Below are positions 7,998 to 17,071 of a stretch of DNA of 24,356 nt, piece after piece. The translations under genes and the position numbers were made by a program. Positions within the stretch are counted from its first letter, which is position 1. Each line of letters opens with the position of its first letter. Origin of the DNA: Deltaproteobacteria bacterium ADurb.Bin026 (GTDB lineage: Bacteria; Desulfobacterota; Syntrophorhabdia; Syntrophorhabdales; Syntrophorhabdaceae); the NCBI GenBank assembly GCA_002071245.1, contig MWEV01000010.1, positions 1 through 24,356 on the forward strand. The letters run 5' to 3'. The notes below the pieces were generated by a model, which was given only the letters and a program-made list of their open reading frames with translations, searched no databases and was not told the origin of the DNA.

Positions 7998-9821
7998 ATG
8001 TGCGGGATTGCAGGATATATTGGAAAACAGATTCCCAATGAATCAATGATAGCGGAAACGCTACGCCTTATGAGGAACAGGGGCCCGGATCACCAGGGTT
8101 ATGTTTTGTTCAAAGATAATTCAGTCAATGTAGCACTACTTCATGCACGTTTGAAGATTATAGATCTCGATGAAAGGTCAAATCAGCCTTTTTCAATAGG
8201 TGATTCAACGGTTATTTATAATGGGGAAATATATAATTATATTGAGTTAAGGGAAAAACTCGAAAAGAAAGGCATAATCTTTCATACAAAATCGGACACA
8301 GAAGTTCTCCTCCAGTATTACATAAACTTTGGGGAGAGATGTGTTGATTTTTTTGAAGGAATGTGGGCGTTTGCGGTATATGATAAAAACAAAAAACATC
8401 TATTCATCTCAAGGGATCGTTTTGCGGAGAAGCCAGTGTTCTATTGTCAATCTCCTGATGGATTTTTCTTTGCATCTGAGGTCAAGTTCCTGCAGGAGTT
8501 GACAGGCAGAAAATTCGATGTGAATGTGAGCCATATTGCAAGGTATCTTGTGAACGGATATAAATCGCTATACAAAACGGAGGAGACCTTTTTCAAGGAC
8601 ATACATGAAATTCCATATTCTACGAACGCTGTAATCGACAGCAGGCTAAAACCTAAATTCTATCGTTACTGGCAGCCGCAATGCGAAATTAACGAAAATA
8701 TGAAACTGGAGGAAGCGATAGAAGGGGTAAGACAAAGGCTTCTCGAAAGTATGCGCATTCGTCTTCGTTCTGATGTTCCACTTGCTTTTTGCCTGAGCGG
8801 CGGCATTGATTCTGCATCTTTGACGTCGATAGCTTCCAAAGAATTTGGATATAATGTTGCGACATTCTCTATCATAGACAAGGATGAGCGTTATAACGAA
8901 TATGATAACATAATGGCAACAGTAAACGATTTAGGGTGTGAACACACGCTGATAGAGATATCGCCGGATAATTTTTTTGAAAGGCTCGAAACGCTTATCG
9001 GTTATCATGATTCCCCTCTTTCCACAATATCTTATTATGTGCATTCATTTCTATCCGAGGCTATTTCAAAATCGGGTTATAGGGTGGCTGTTTCTGGCAC
9101 GGCTGCGGATGAATTGTTTACGGGTTATTACGATCATTTCAACCTTCATCTTTATGAGGTACAAAAACAGCCTGATTTTGACAAGTATTTGAACGATTGG
9201 AACAGGCATATCAGTGACATAGTTAGAAATCCATATCTACAGAACCCTAAATTGTATTTTAAAGACCCAGACATAAGGAAGCACATTTACTTGAATAACG
9301 ATCTTTTTGCCGGGTGTATTAATATCGAATTCATGGAGCAGTTTGATGAAACACAGTATTGTAGTTCGTTGTTGCGTAACCGCATGATGAACGAACTGTT
9401 CCATGAGGCAATCCCCGTTATCCTGCACGAAGATGACCTCAACTCCATGCGTTATTCGGTCGAAAACAGAAGCCCTTTTCTTGATCTTCCTTTGTTTGAA
9501 TTTGCATATTCGATTCCAAGCAGGTATCTGATTAGCAACGGATTCGGAAAGTTCATTCTGAGAGAAGCAGTCAAAGGCATACTTAATGAAAAAGTAAGGC
9601 AGGACAGGAAGAAGATAGGATTCAATGCATCGATCAATTCATTGATTGATTTCAACAATCAGGAAAGCCGTAATTATCTTCTGGGTGAAAGCCCGGTATT
9701 TGATATTGTAAATAAAAAAAAGGTATCAGATATGATGAGGATCAACCCTATGCCTAACAGTTACAGCAAGTTCATTTTTAATTTTATCAATACAAAGATT
9801 TTTCTCGAGAAGAACAGGTAA
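7998..9821 (+). CDS. asnB: AsnB-family glutamine-hydrolysing amidotransferase, copy 1 (probably acting on a glycan)
   Basis: Ntn N-terminus MCGIAG, RGPD, HARLKIID, NGEIYNY, SDTEV, PP-loop LSGGIDS, AADELFTGY and ENRSPFLD. Confidence 0.9.
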   Translation: MCGIAGYIGKQIPNESMIAETLRLMRNRGPDHQGYVLFKDNSVNVALLHARLKIIDLDERSNQPFSIGDSTVIYNGEIYNYIELREKLEKKGIIFHTKSDTEVLLQYYINFGERCVDFFEGMWAFAVYDKNKKHLFISRDRFAEKPVFYCQSPDGFFFASEVKFLQELTGRKFDVNVSHIARYLVNGYKSLYKTEETFFKDIHEIPYSTNAVIDSRLKPKFYRYWQPQCEINENMKLEEAIEGVRQRLLESMRIRLRSDVPLAFCLSGGIDSASLTSIASKEFGYNVATFSIIDKDERYNEYDNIMATVNDLGCEHTLIEISPDNFFERLETLIGYHDSPLSTISYYVHSFLSEAISKSGYRVAVSGTAADELFTGYYDHFNLHLYEVQKQPDFDKYLNDWNRHISDIVRNPYLQNPKLYFKDPDIRKHIYLNNDLFAGCINIEFMEQFDETQYCSSLLRNRMMNELFHEAIPVILHEDDLNSMRYSVENRSPFLDLPLFEFAYSIPSRYLISNGFGKFILREAVKGILNEKVRQDRKKIGFNASINSLIDFNNQESRNYLLGESPVFDIVNKKKVSDMMRINPMPNSYSKFIFNFINTKIFLEKNR

Positions 9822-9835
9822 CGACAATATTTATC

Positions 9836-9842
9836 AGGAGGT
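9836..9842 (+). promoter_or_regulatory. Shine-Dalgarno site for the carbamoyltransferase TTG start
   Basis: AGGAGGT lies 6 nt upstream of TTG 9849. Confidence 0.7.
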
Positions 9843-9848
9843 AGAGTT

Positions 9849-11642
9849 TTGATTATCCTTGCTATGCAGGAGGCACATGACGCATCGGCTGCATTAATGA
9901 AAGATGGAGAGATTATTGCAGCGGTGCAGGAGGAAAGGTTTACAGGTCTAAAGGGTGATTACGGTTACCCAGAGAGATCTATCGAATATATGCTGAAAAC
10001 ATTTAATATCAACCCGTCGGAGATTGATGAAGTTGTGCTTGCTTCTCATAATTGGAATCCTGTACTCACAAAGATAAAGAGGAATGCAAATTTTTCAGTT
10101 GATGACTGGGTTTTAGAACAGCACGAATTTTGGAAGCCGAAGTTTTTTGAAAACCGCCAGGTTTCATATTATGAAATATACAAAGGAAGGGCTGATTTTC
10201 GTTATGATAACACATATCCTATGGACCATCTTCTGAAAGGCTATATGGCACCAGAGGAAATGGCGGAGATGGCGAAGATCCGTAAAAGTACAATCAGTAA
10301 AAAGCTGGGTGTTCCAATTGAAAAGATAAGGACAGTTACTCATGAGGATTGTCATGTTTTTTATGCCTATTTTGGAAGTCATATAAGAGGAAAGGCTCTG
10401 ACATTAACATCAGAAGGCATCGGTGATTATTCAAATGGAACCGTCTGGGAGTTTACTGAAAGCGAAAGAAAAGAATTGGCCCGCACTGGAGAGAATCATT
10501 TAGGCCATATATATCAGTATGTGACCCTTATCCTTGGTATGAAACCGGCTCAGCATGAATATAAGGTGATGGGGCTTGCCCCTTATGCAAACGAAAAAGA
10601 ACTGCAAAAAAGCTATAAAGTTTTTGAAAATATCCTGAAAGTTGAAGGCTTGAATATTGTCTTCGACAAGAGGCCAAAGGATCTGTATTTTCACTTCCTA
10701 GAAGCACTAGAGGGGCACAGGTTTGACGGTATTGCAGGGGCAGTACAGAGATTCCTTGAAGATATATTATGCAAATGGGTTAAAAAATGTATAGATGAGA
10801 CTAATCTGAGGCATGTCGTATTCGCCGGAGGGGTTGCACAGAATATAAAGGCATGCAAAAGTATCACGGAATTGACCGACCTGGAAGATTTTTTTGTCTG
10901 CCCTGCAGCCGGGGACACCTCTTTGCCTATAGGCGCGTGCTATTTTGCAATGTGGGAGCATCTCAAAAAAAATAATCTACCCTTCGATGCAATAAAACCG
11001 TTGGATGACATTTATCTTGGCCCTCAATTTTATAATGAGCAGATATTGGAAACTATTAATAGAGAAGGGCTCGACTCAAAATGCAAATTGACGACAGGGG
11101 TTGGCCCAGAAGAGATTGCAAGTCTGCTTTCCGAAGGTAAGATAATCGCCCGTTGTTCTGGCAGGATGGAATTTGGATTAAGAGCCCTTGGTAACCGCTC
11201 TATATTGGCCGACCCGAGAAGGCCTGATACTGTCCGGAAGATAAACCAGGCGATAAAATTCAGGGATTTCTGGATGCCGTTTACACCTACGATTCTTGCA
11301 GAGCGTCAGCATGATTATATTATAAATCCGAAGAGCCTAAAAAGCCCTTTCATGACGATGGCGTTTGATTCGACTGAGTTGGCAAGAAAAGAGCTTGTGG
11401 CCACGCTCCATCCGGCGGATCTTACTGCTCGTCCTCAAGTGCTTGAAGAAAAAAGAAATCCCGAATATTACTCAATAGTGAAGGCCTTCGAAAAGATCAC
11501 TGGGGTAGGGGGTGTATTGAACACAAGCTTTAACCTGCATGGTTATCCGGTAGTGTTAGGGCCTGAAGAGGCCATATTTACTTTCGAAAATTCGGAGCTT
11601 GACGGTCTTTTAATGAACGATATTTTGATTATGAGAGGATAG
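9849..11642 (+). CDS. NodU/CmcH/TobZ-family O-carbamoyltransferase
   Basis: HDASAALMKDGEIIAAVQEERF, HEDCH, EYKVMGLAPY, AGGVAQN, PAAGD, EFGLRALGNRSILADPR and NTSFNLHG. Both the Kae1-like and YrdC-like domains are present. Confidence 0.9.
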   Translation: MIILAMQEAHDASAALMKDGEIIAAVQEERFTGLKGDYGYPERSIEYMLKTFNINPSEIDEVVLASHNWNPVLTKIKRNANFSVDDWVLEQHEFWKPKFFENRQVSYYEIYKGRADFRYDNTYPMDHLLKGYMAPEEMAEMAKIRKSTISKKLGVPIEKIRTVTHEDCHVFYAYFGSHIRGKALTLTSEGIGDYSNGTVWEFTESERKELARTGENHLGHIYQYVTLILGMKPAQHEYKVMGLAPYANEKELQKSYKVFENILKVEGLNIVFDKRPKDLYFHFLEALEGHRFDGIAGAVQRFLEDILCKWVKKCIDETNLRHVVFAGGVAQNIKACKSITELTDLEDFFVCPAAGDTSLPIGACYFAMWEHLKKNNLPFDAIKPLDDIYLGPQFYNEQILETINREGLDSKCKLTTGVGPEEIASLLSEGKIIARCSGRMEFGLRALGNRSILADPRRPDTVRKINQAIKFRDFWMPFTPTILAERQHDYIINPKSLKSPFMTMAFDSTELARKELVATLHPADLTARPQVLEEKRNPEYYSIVKAFEKITGVGGVLNTSFNLHGYPVVLGPEEAIFTFENSELDGLLMNDILIMRG

Positions 11643-11647
11643 CGCAT

Positions 11648-12769
11648 ATGAAGTATTGCAAAAAGTGCATTATGCCGGATACAAAACCATATATAACCTT
11701 TAACTCATCAGGTGTATGCAGTGCCTGTCTGGCCCATGAAAGCAAACAAAAATCAACAGCGGGGATTGACTGGAATGCAAGAAAAGATGAGTTCGAGGCT
11801 ATTATTCAGAAGACCCTTAAACAAAAAGCTCCAAATTATGATGTCGTTGTCCCTGTGAGTGGCGGCAAAGACAGCATTACCCAAGTGCATAGAGCGCTTC
11901 AATATGGAATGAGGGTTCTTGCGGTCAATGTGGATTATGGTATCAAAACGGAAGTAGGTATGCATAATCTCAACCTTGTAGCTGAAATGGGAGCAAATTT
12001 GCTTATATACAGACCTGAGCAAAGGCTGCATAAAAGGTTGATTAAGATTGGTTTTGAAGATTTTGGTGATCCTGATCTTTTGAGCCACACATTGCTGCAT
12101 GCGTATCCTTTATGGGCTGCCTTGAAATTTGAAGTTCCTCTTGTTCTGCTCGGTGAAGATTCTTCATTTGAGTACAGCGGGGAGAAGGGATCAGGCGGTA
12201 AAAAGCATATTACTCGTGAGTGGTTTTCCCGTTATGCTGCGAACAGCGGTTATGATGCAAAGTTTGTAGCGAAGAATTATGGCATACCTTTTGAATCATT
12301 GAGATTTTATGATTTTCCTGACGGCTTCGAGAAATCTTCAATAATTGCTGTTTTTATGAGCCATTATTTTTACTGGGATTCTGAAGAGCATCTCAGGATA
12401 GCTAAAAAGTACGGCTTCAAGACTCTTGATCGCAACAGAGAAGGTACATACAGGAACTATGTAGGCATTGATGAAAAAATCAACAGGATTCACCAGTATA
12501 TGAAAGTATTAAAGTTTGGATATGGAAGGGCGACAGACCATGCATGCGAAGATATACGGAATGGTCGAATTACAAGAAACAAGGCGAAAGAACTTGTCAG
12601 GCAATATGATACCGATGAGCTGTCGGATTATTATGTAGATGACTTCATTAAATATTTAGGTTATACGAAAAAGAAATTTTATTCAATTCTCGAGAAATTT
12701 AGAAACAAGACGATATGGAAGAAAACAGGGGATGGCAATTGGTATATCCAAGAATACTTAGAGGAATGA
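11648..12769 (+). CDS. N-acetyl-sugar amidotransferase (WbpG/WbuX/PseA-like ATP-pyrophosphatase family)
   Basis: N-terminal MKYCKKCIMPDTKP...GVCSAC (two CxxC), PP-loop VPVSGGKDS and KFGYGRATDHACEDIRNGRITR. Confidence 0.85.
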   Translation: MKYCKKCIMPDTKPYITFNSSGVCSACLAHESKQKSTAGIDWNARKDEFEAIIQKTLKQKAPNYDVVVPVSGGKDSITQVHRALQYGMRVLAVNVDYGIKTEVGMHNLNLVAEMGANLLIYRPEQRLHKRLIKIGFEDFGDPDLLSHTLLHAYPLWAALKFEVPLVLLGEDSSFEYSGEKGSGGKKHITREWFSRYAANSGYDAKFVAKNYGIPFESLRFYDFPDGFEKSSIIAVFMSHYFYWDSEEHLRIAKKYGFKTLDRNREGTYRNYVGIDEKINRIHQYMKVLKFGYGRATDHACEDIRNGRITRNKAKELVRQYDTDELSDYYVDDFIKYLGYTKKKFYSILEKFRNKTIWKKTGDGNWYIQEYLEE

Positions 12770-12770
12770 T

Positions 12771-13115
12771 ATGAAGCTGAACGTTAAAGAACATCCACGG
12801 GAATTCAACGCCTCGGGGATTACAATAAAAGACTATGGTAAGATAGAATTGAATGAAAACGATATGATAACGCTGATTACAGAAAGCGGCAAAGAATGTG
12901 ATATAACGGCCAAAGAATGGGGTTTTTACCTCGCACCATCACTAAACGCAAGGTTGAGACAAAATGGATTCAAGGTTGCGTTGGTGAGGAATCAAGAGGG
13001 CAAGCTGTTTATAAATGCAGTGGAAATTGACAAAACAGTTCAGTTCATAGAATATCTGAGTGCAAATCAAGATAGCAGAATATTATGCTGGCTTGATGAT
13101 TGGCCTTCGCAATAG
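12771..13115 (+). CDS. Small soluble protein of unknown function (114 aa)
   Basis: ATG lies 1 nt after the upstream stop and 5 nt after GAGGA (12761-12765), and the ORF fills the gap exactly. The core KEWGFYLAPSLNARL resembles an uncharacterised family I recall from glycan loci; this is unverified. Confidence 0.75.
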   Translation: MKLNVKEHPREFNASGITIKDYGKIELNENDMITLITESGKECDITAKEWGFYLAPSLNARLRQNGFKVALVRNQEGKLFINAVEIDKTVQFIEYLSANQDSRILCWLDDWPSQ

Positions 13116-13121
13116 AGTCAA

Positions 13122-15629
13122 TTGTTCAGTATGGGTTTAATGTTCACTGACAAATTGTTGTCATGTTGTGATGCAAAACAGGCGAAGCGGGTTTCAGTTA
13201 ACAATCTGTTTGCATTTGTTTGCTATGTGTTTGTTGGATTAATCTATCTTACACCCGTTTTTTTCTTTGGGAAAAGCTTATTGATTGATGCCTGGGACCA
13301 TGTCCCTACATATGTAAGAATGGTTGACAGGGCCCAATGGCTATCCCAACTCATGATTCCTTTATGGGATCCTAAAACCTTCTCTGGACTGTCATTTGTC
13401 GACAGTGTTCCTACTACACACATTCTTAATTTACAGCCATGGATAATGGCCTTTGCTGGTAATCATACTGGCTACGCGATCTGCATTTTTATGTTCATAA
13501 CATTTGGTGCATATGGCACCTATCTGCTCTGCTATCGGAAACTGCAGATCAATTGGGGATTGTCATTATGCGCAGGCAGCACTGTAGTGTTTGGTCCATT
13601 TATCGGCAATGCGTATTCGAGCGTCTTTGTCTTTTTTCCGTTTATAAGCTTCTACTTCTATAATTTCATGAACATTTTTGAGAAAAGCAGTATCCGTAGA
13701 ATATTGTATAACTCAATACTTGCTTCTTTTCCTGTTGTGCTGTGCATGTATACCCAGGAGCCAAGATTCATTGAATTCATTTTTTACAGCAGTATCCTTT
13801 ATTTTATTACCATGATCTTTGTAAATAACGACAGGAAGGCCTTGATCTTCAAGCAGACCGTTCTTTTTGCTCTTTTTGCAGGCGTTTTATGCGTCCTTAT
13901 GTCAGGACCCATGATATTTCCTATGGTTCTGGAGGTGTTTAAGCAGCAAAGGATTGGAGCAGGTGAGATACTTCCACGAATTATCTCTTTTCCACCATGG
14001 CTGTATCTTTTAAATGTTGTTGTGGGCAATTTATATCCTCTAAATCTTACGGTATTACATGATACCCTCAGAGTCAAATTATTAGGGAGTTATTTTACGC
14101 TCTATTTTGAGTTTGTTCATATACTGTTTTATGCGGTGCTCTTTGTGTCTATCAAGTTTCTCCATAAATTCAGTACAGTGGAAAAAAGTATAATTCTAAG
14201 CGCTATAGTTTTGAAAATAATTATTGCAGTGCATGCTTATGTGCCAGGATTTATGTATTTTTGGACACTGATATTCAAAACAGGACGATTTCTGGAAAAC
14301 GATACATCATTTTTCTTTAGCGCTCTTATGGTATTTATTGTGCTAAACAAGATTATAAAAGGGGATATTACTTTGGAAGGTAAGCTGCACACTTTTTCAA
14401 GCTGGCTTATCAGTATTCAAATATTGATTTCGGTTGTATTAATTGTTTTTCTGATTTACCTGAGATTCTTTTTTGATGTTAATATGTTGCTTGAAGTTGC
14501 CGGAATGCAGCATTATCTGAGTTATCTCGGCGACGTAAACCTGTTGATGGATTCTTTCAAAAGCAGATTTCCTTATCTGATACCAGGATTGGTTTGCATA
14601 ATTATTCAATTATCGATTTTCAGAGAATTAATGAGGAACAAAAGTATTGCACGGTACAAAATCAGCCTTTTCATGGTAATGCTTTTTTGTACACCGTTAT
14701 TTCTATCGAAGGCTTATTGGCCGTTTAACAATATCGTCGAAAGGGATAAGATAGAAACACCCGACAGACAGTTTTTATCATCCCTAAACATTCTTGACAG
14801 AGTAAACAACGTTGATCATGATGCAAACAAACTTAGCGAGGGTATGAAGACAAAAATCATATCTATTCACTCAAATGAGTCTTTGGAATGGGCAATAAAA
14901 TGCTATCCACCGGCTATGATGTCGTTTATACATCATTTTATACCCGTTGATATGTATAAGTATTTCAATTATATGTACAAAGACGAGAAAAGCATAAAAA
15001 GCCCCTATCAGCGTTTTTATTTCTATCCTCAAGACAACAATCTCTTCCATTTGCTTGGAATAAACTATTTCTTTTCCGAATTGCCTGTCCATGACAGCCC
15101 TTTTGAAGCGTCTGGAAGATTTGGCAATTACTTTGTATATAAGAATCCGCACGCTTTTCCAAGGTTCTATTTTGCAGATTCAGTCTTTTTTATTGAAGAC
15201 AATGATTCTATTTTAGGTAAGTTGTATTATACGCCAATTAAGAAGTTGAAAACAGAGGTGTTTGTGAACGCCGTGGGCAGAGGAGATGGGGAGCAGTTTT
15301 TCAGCAATAAAAAAAGGGATGTTTCCCTTATCATGTATTCTCCTAATAAAATCACCCTTAAAACCGAATCTCCCGGCAGGCAGTTTTTGGTGTTGACAGA
15401 TACTTTTGACAAAAGATGGAATGCATATATCGATAAAAAACAAATCAATACATACAAGGCTAACTTTTTGTTCAGAGGTGTTATGATTCCTCCTGGTATC
15501 CATACGGTCGAGTTCCAGTACTGTTATCCTGAATTCAAGATTTATGTTTTAATTGCTGTTTTGACTTTTTTATCATGTATATCGATTGTCTGTATTGTTA
15601 ATAAATATAACGATGTTCCAACAGGATGA
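13122..15629 (+). CDS. YfhO-like polytopic membrane protein (putative GT-C glycosyltransferase), copy 2
   Basis: 835 aa and highly hydrophobic. The early loop has DAWD...LWDPKTFSGLSF. The C-terminal domain has YSPNKITL...DTFDKRWNAYID...KANFLFRGVMIPPGIHTVEFQY and a final TM helix. The start could be TTG 13122 or ATG 13131. Confidence 0.75.
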   Translation: MFSMGLMFTDKLLSCCDAKQAKRVSVNNLFAFVCYVFVGLIYLTPVFFFGKSLLIDAWDHVPTYVRMVDRAQWLSQLMIPLWDPKTFSGLSFVDSVPTTHILNLQPWIMAFAGNHTGYAICIFMFITFGAYGTYLLCYRKLQINWGLSLCAGSTVVFGPFIGNAYSSVFVFFPFISFYFYNFMNIFEKSSIRRILYNSILASFPVVLCMYTQEPRFIEFIFYSSILYFITMIFVNNDRKALIFKQTVLFALFAGVLCVLMSGPMIFPMVLEVFKQQRIGAGEILPRIISFPPWLYLLNVVVGNLYPLNLTVLHDTLRVKLLGSYFTLYFEFVHILFYAVLFVSIKFLHKFSTVEKSIILSAIVLKIIIAVHAYVPGFMYFWTLIFKTGRFLENDTSFFFSALMVFIVLNKIIKGDITLEGKLHTFSSWLISIQILISVVLIVFLIYLRFFFDVNMLLEVAGMQHYLSYLGDVNLLMDSFKSRFPYLIPGLVCIIIQLSIFRELMRNKSIARYKISLFMVMLFCTPLFLSKAYWPFNNIVERDKIETPDRQFLSSLNILDRVNNVDHDANKLSEGMKTKIISIHSNESLEWAIKCYPPAMMSFIHHFIPVDMYKYFNYMYKDEKSIKSPYQRFYFYPQDNNLFHLLGINYFFSELPVHDSPFEASGRFGNYFVYKNPHAFPRFYFADSVFFIEDNDSILGKLYYTPIKKLKTEVFVNAVGRGDGEQFFSNKKRDVSLIMYSPNKITLKTESPGRQFLVLTDTFDKRWNAYIDKKQINTYKANFLFRGVMIPPGIHTVEFQYCYPEFKIYVLIAVLTFLSCISIVCIVNKYNDVPTG

Positions 15630-17071
15630 AAATGAAAGCAAATCAAAACGCTTTTGAGAGATATCAGAAGAAAAGACAATCTCATTGGGACGACATTGCT
15701 CTTAGAATGGATGATTCGAAAAGCATGGGTTCTTATTATCACAGGAGATTGGAGCAGGTATATAGGTTTCTTGTTCATCCAGGACAAAAAATCCTTGAGA
15801 TAGGTTGTGGACAAGGCGATCTGCTTGCATCCTTGAGCCCGCAGATAGGGGTTGGAATTGATTTTTCTATTAATATGATAAATAGAGCAAGTCAAAGATA
15901 CCCCCAACTCCGGTTTATAAACATTGATGCATACGATCTTGATCTGAATGATACATTCGATGCCATCATCCTGTCTGATATTGTCAACGATCTTTGGGAT
16001 GTACAGACTGTTTTCGAAAAGATAGCCAAGCATACAACACCAGAGACAAGGATTATTCTTAACCTGTATAGCCATTTATGGGAACAACCCTTGACGCTTG
16101 TACAGAAACTTGGCTTGGCAACACCAACCCTTCCCCAAAACTGGCTGACCGTGGAAGACATATGCAACCTTTTTTATTTGACAGGTTTTGAGATTATCCG
16201 TCACTGGGAGGAAGTTCTCTGGCCCCTTGATACCCCTGTTTTATCATCGTTTTTCAATCGTTACGTCGCAAAGTTGTGGCCTTTCAAGAAACTTGCCCTC
16301 ACAAATTTTATATTGGCACGTCCGAGTCCGAGAGAGCCTGAAATGAACAAGGAAAAGAGCGTATCTATTATCGTGCCTGCACGCAATGAGGCGGGGAATA
16401 TCGAAAGCATACTCGAAAGAACCCCGAAGATGGGCAGAGAAACAGAGATAATCTTTGTAGAAGGTCACTCTAAAGACAATACTTACGAAACCATTGAAAA
16501 GGCAATTGCAAACAGTTCGCTGCATAAATGCAAACTTTTCCGACAGACAGGCAAAGGCAAGGGTGACGCCGTAAGGCTCGGTTTTGAAAAGGCAAGTGGG
16601 GATATTTTGATGATACTTGATGCAGACATGACGGTGCCACCAGAAGACCTCCCGCGTTTCTATGAGGCTTTAAGATACGGAAAGGCGGAATTTGTAAACG
16701 GTGTTAGGTTAGTCTATCCGATGGAAAAACAGGCGATGCGTTTTTTCAACCTTCTTGGGAATAAATTTTTCAGCATAGCTTTCTGCTGGCTTTTAGGACA
16801 GCCGCTCAAGGACAGCCTTTGCGGAACCAAGGCCCTTACCAAAATAAATTATAATAAGATCGTGGAGAATAGGTCATATTTCGGCGACTTTGATCCATTC
16901 GGCGACTTTGATCTTATTTTTGGTGCAGCGAAATTGAACTTGAGGATTGTCGATATGCCGATACGTTATAGGGAGCGTGTTTACGGGGAGACGCAGATAA
17001 GCAGGTGGAGACATGGATGGTTACTTCTCAAGATGGTTGTTTTTGCAGCCTGGAGAATCAAATTTGTATGA
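15626..17071 (+). CDS. Bifunctional class I SAM-methyltransferase-like / GT2 glycosyltransferase fusion
   Basis: N-terminal SAM motif ILEIGCGQG. C-terminal GT2 with SIIVPARNEAGNI, FVEGHSKDNT, GKGDAV, ILDADM and LKDSLCGTK. ATGA overlap with the upstream stop. Confidence 0.87.
   Translation: MKMKANQNAFERYQKKRQSHWDDIALRMDDSKSMGSYYHRRLEQVYRFLVHPGQKILEIGCGQGDLLASLSPQIGVGIDFSINMINRASQRYPQLRFINIDAYDLDLNDTFDAIILSDIVNDLWDVQTVFEKIAKHTTPETRIILNLYSHLWEQPLTLVQKLGLATPTLPQNWLTVEDICNLFYLTGFEIIRHWEEVLWPLDTPVLSSFFNRYVAKLWPFKKLALTNFILARPSPREPEMNKEKSVSIIVPARNEAGNIESILERTPKMGRETEIIFVEGHSKDNTYETIEKAIANSSLHKCKLFRQTGKGKGDAVRLGFEKASGDILMILDADMTVPPEDLPRFYEALRYGKAEFVNGVRLVYPMEKQAMRFFNLLGNKFFSIAFCWLLGQPLKDSLCGTKALTKINYNKIVENRSYFGDFDPFGDFDLIFGAAKLNLRIVDMPIRYRERVYGETQISRWRHGWLLLKMVVFAAWRIKFV

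Noticed and set aside
16880-16913. 16-bp direct repeat TTCGGCGACTTTGATC (16880-16895 and 16898-16913)
   Set aside because: It is in frame and encodes FGDFDPFGDFDL, which I recall as a conserved protein motif of this GT2 subfamily. There are only two copies, so it is not a CRISPR or regulatory repeat.
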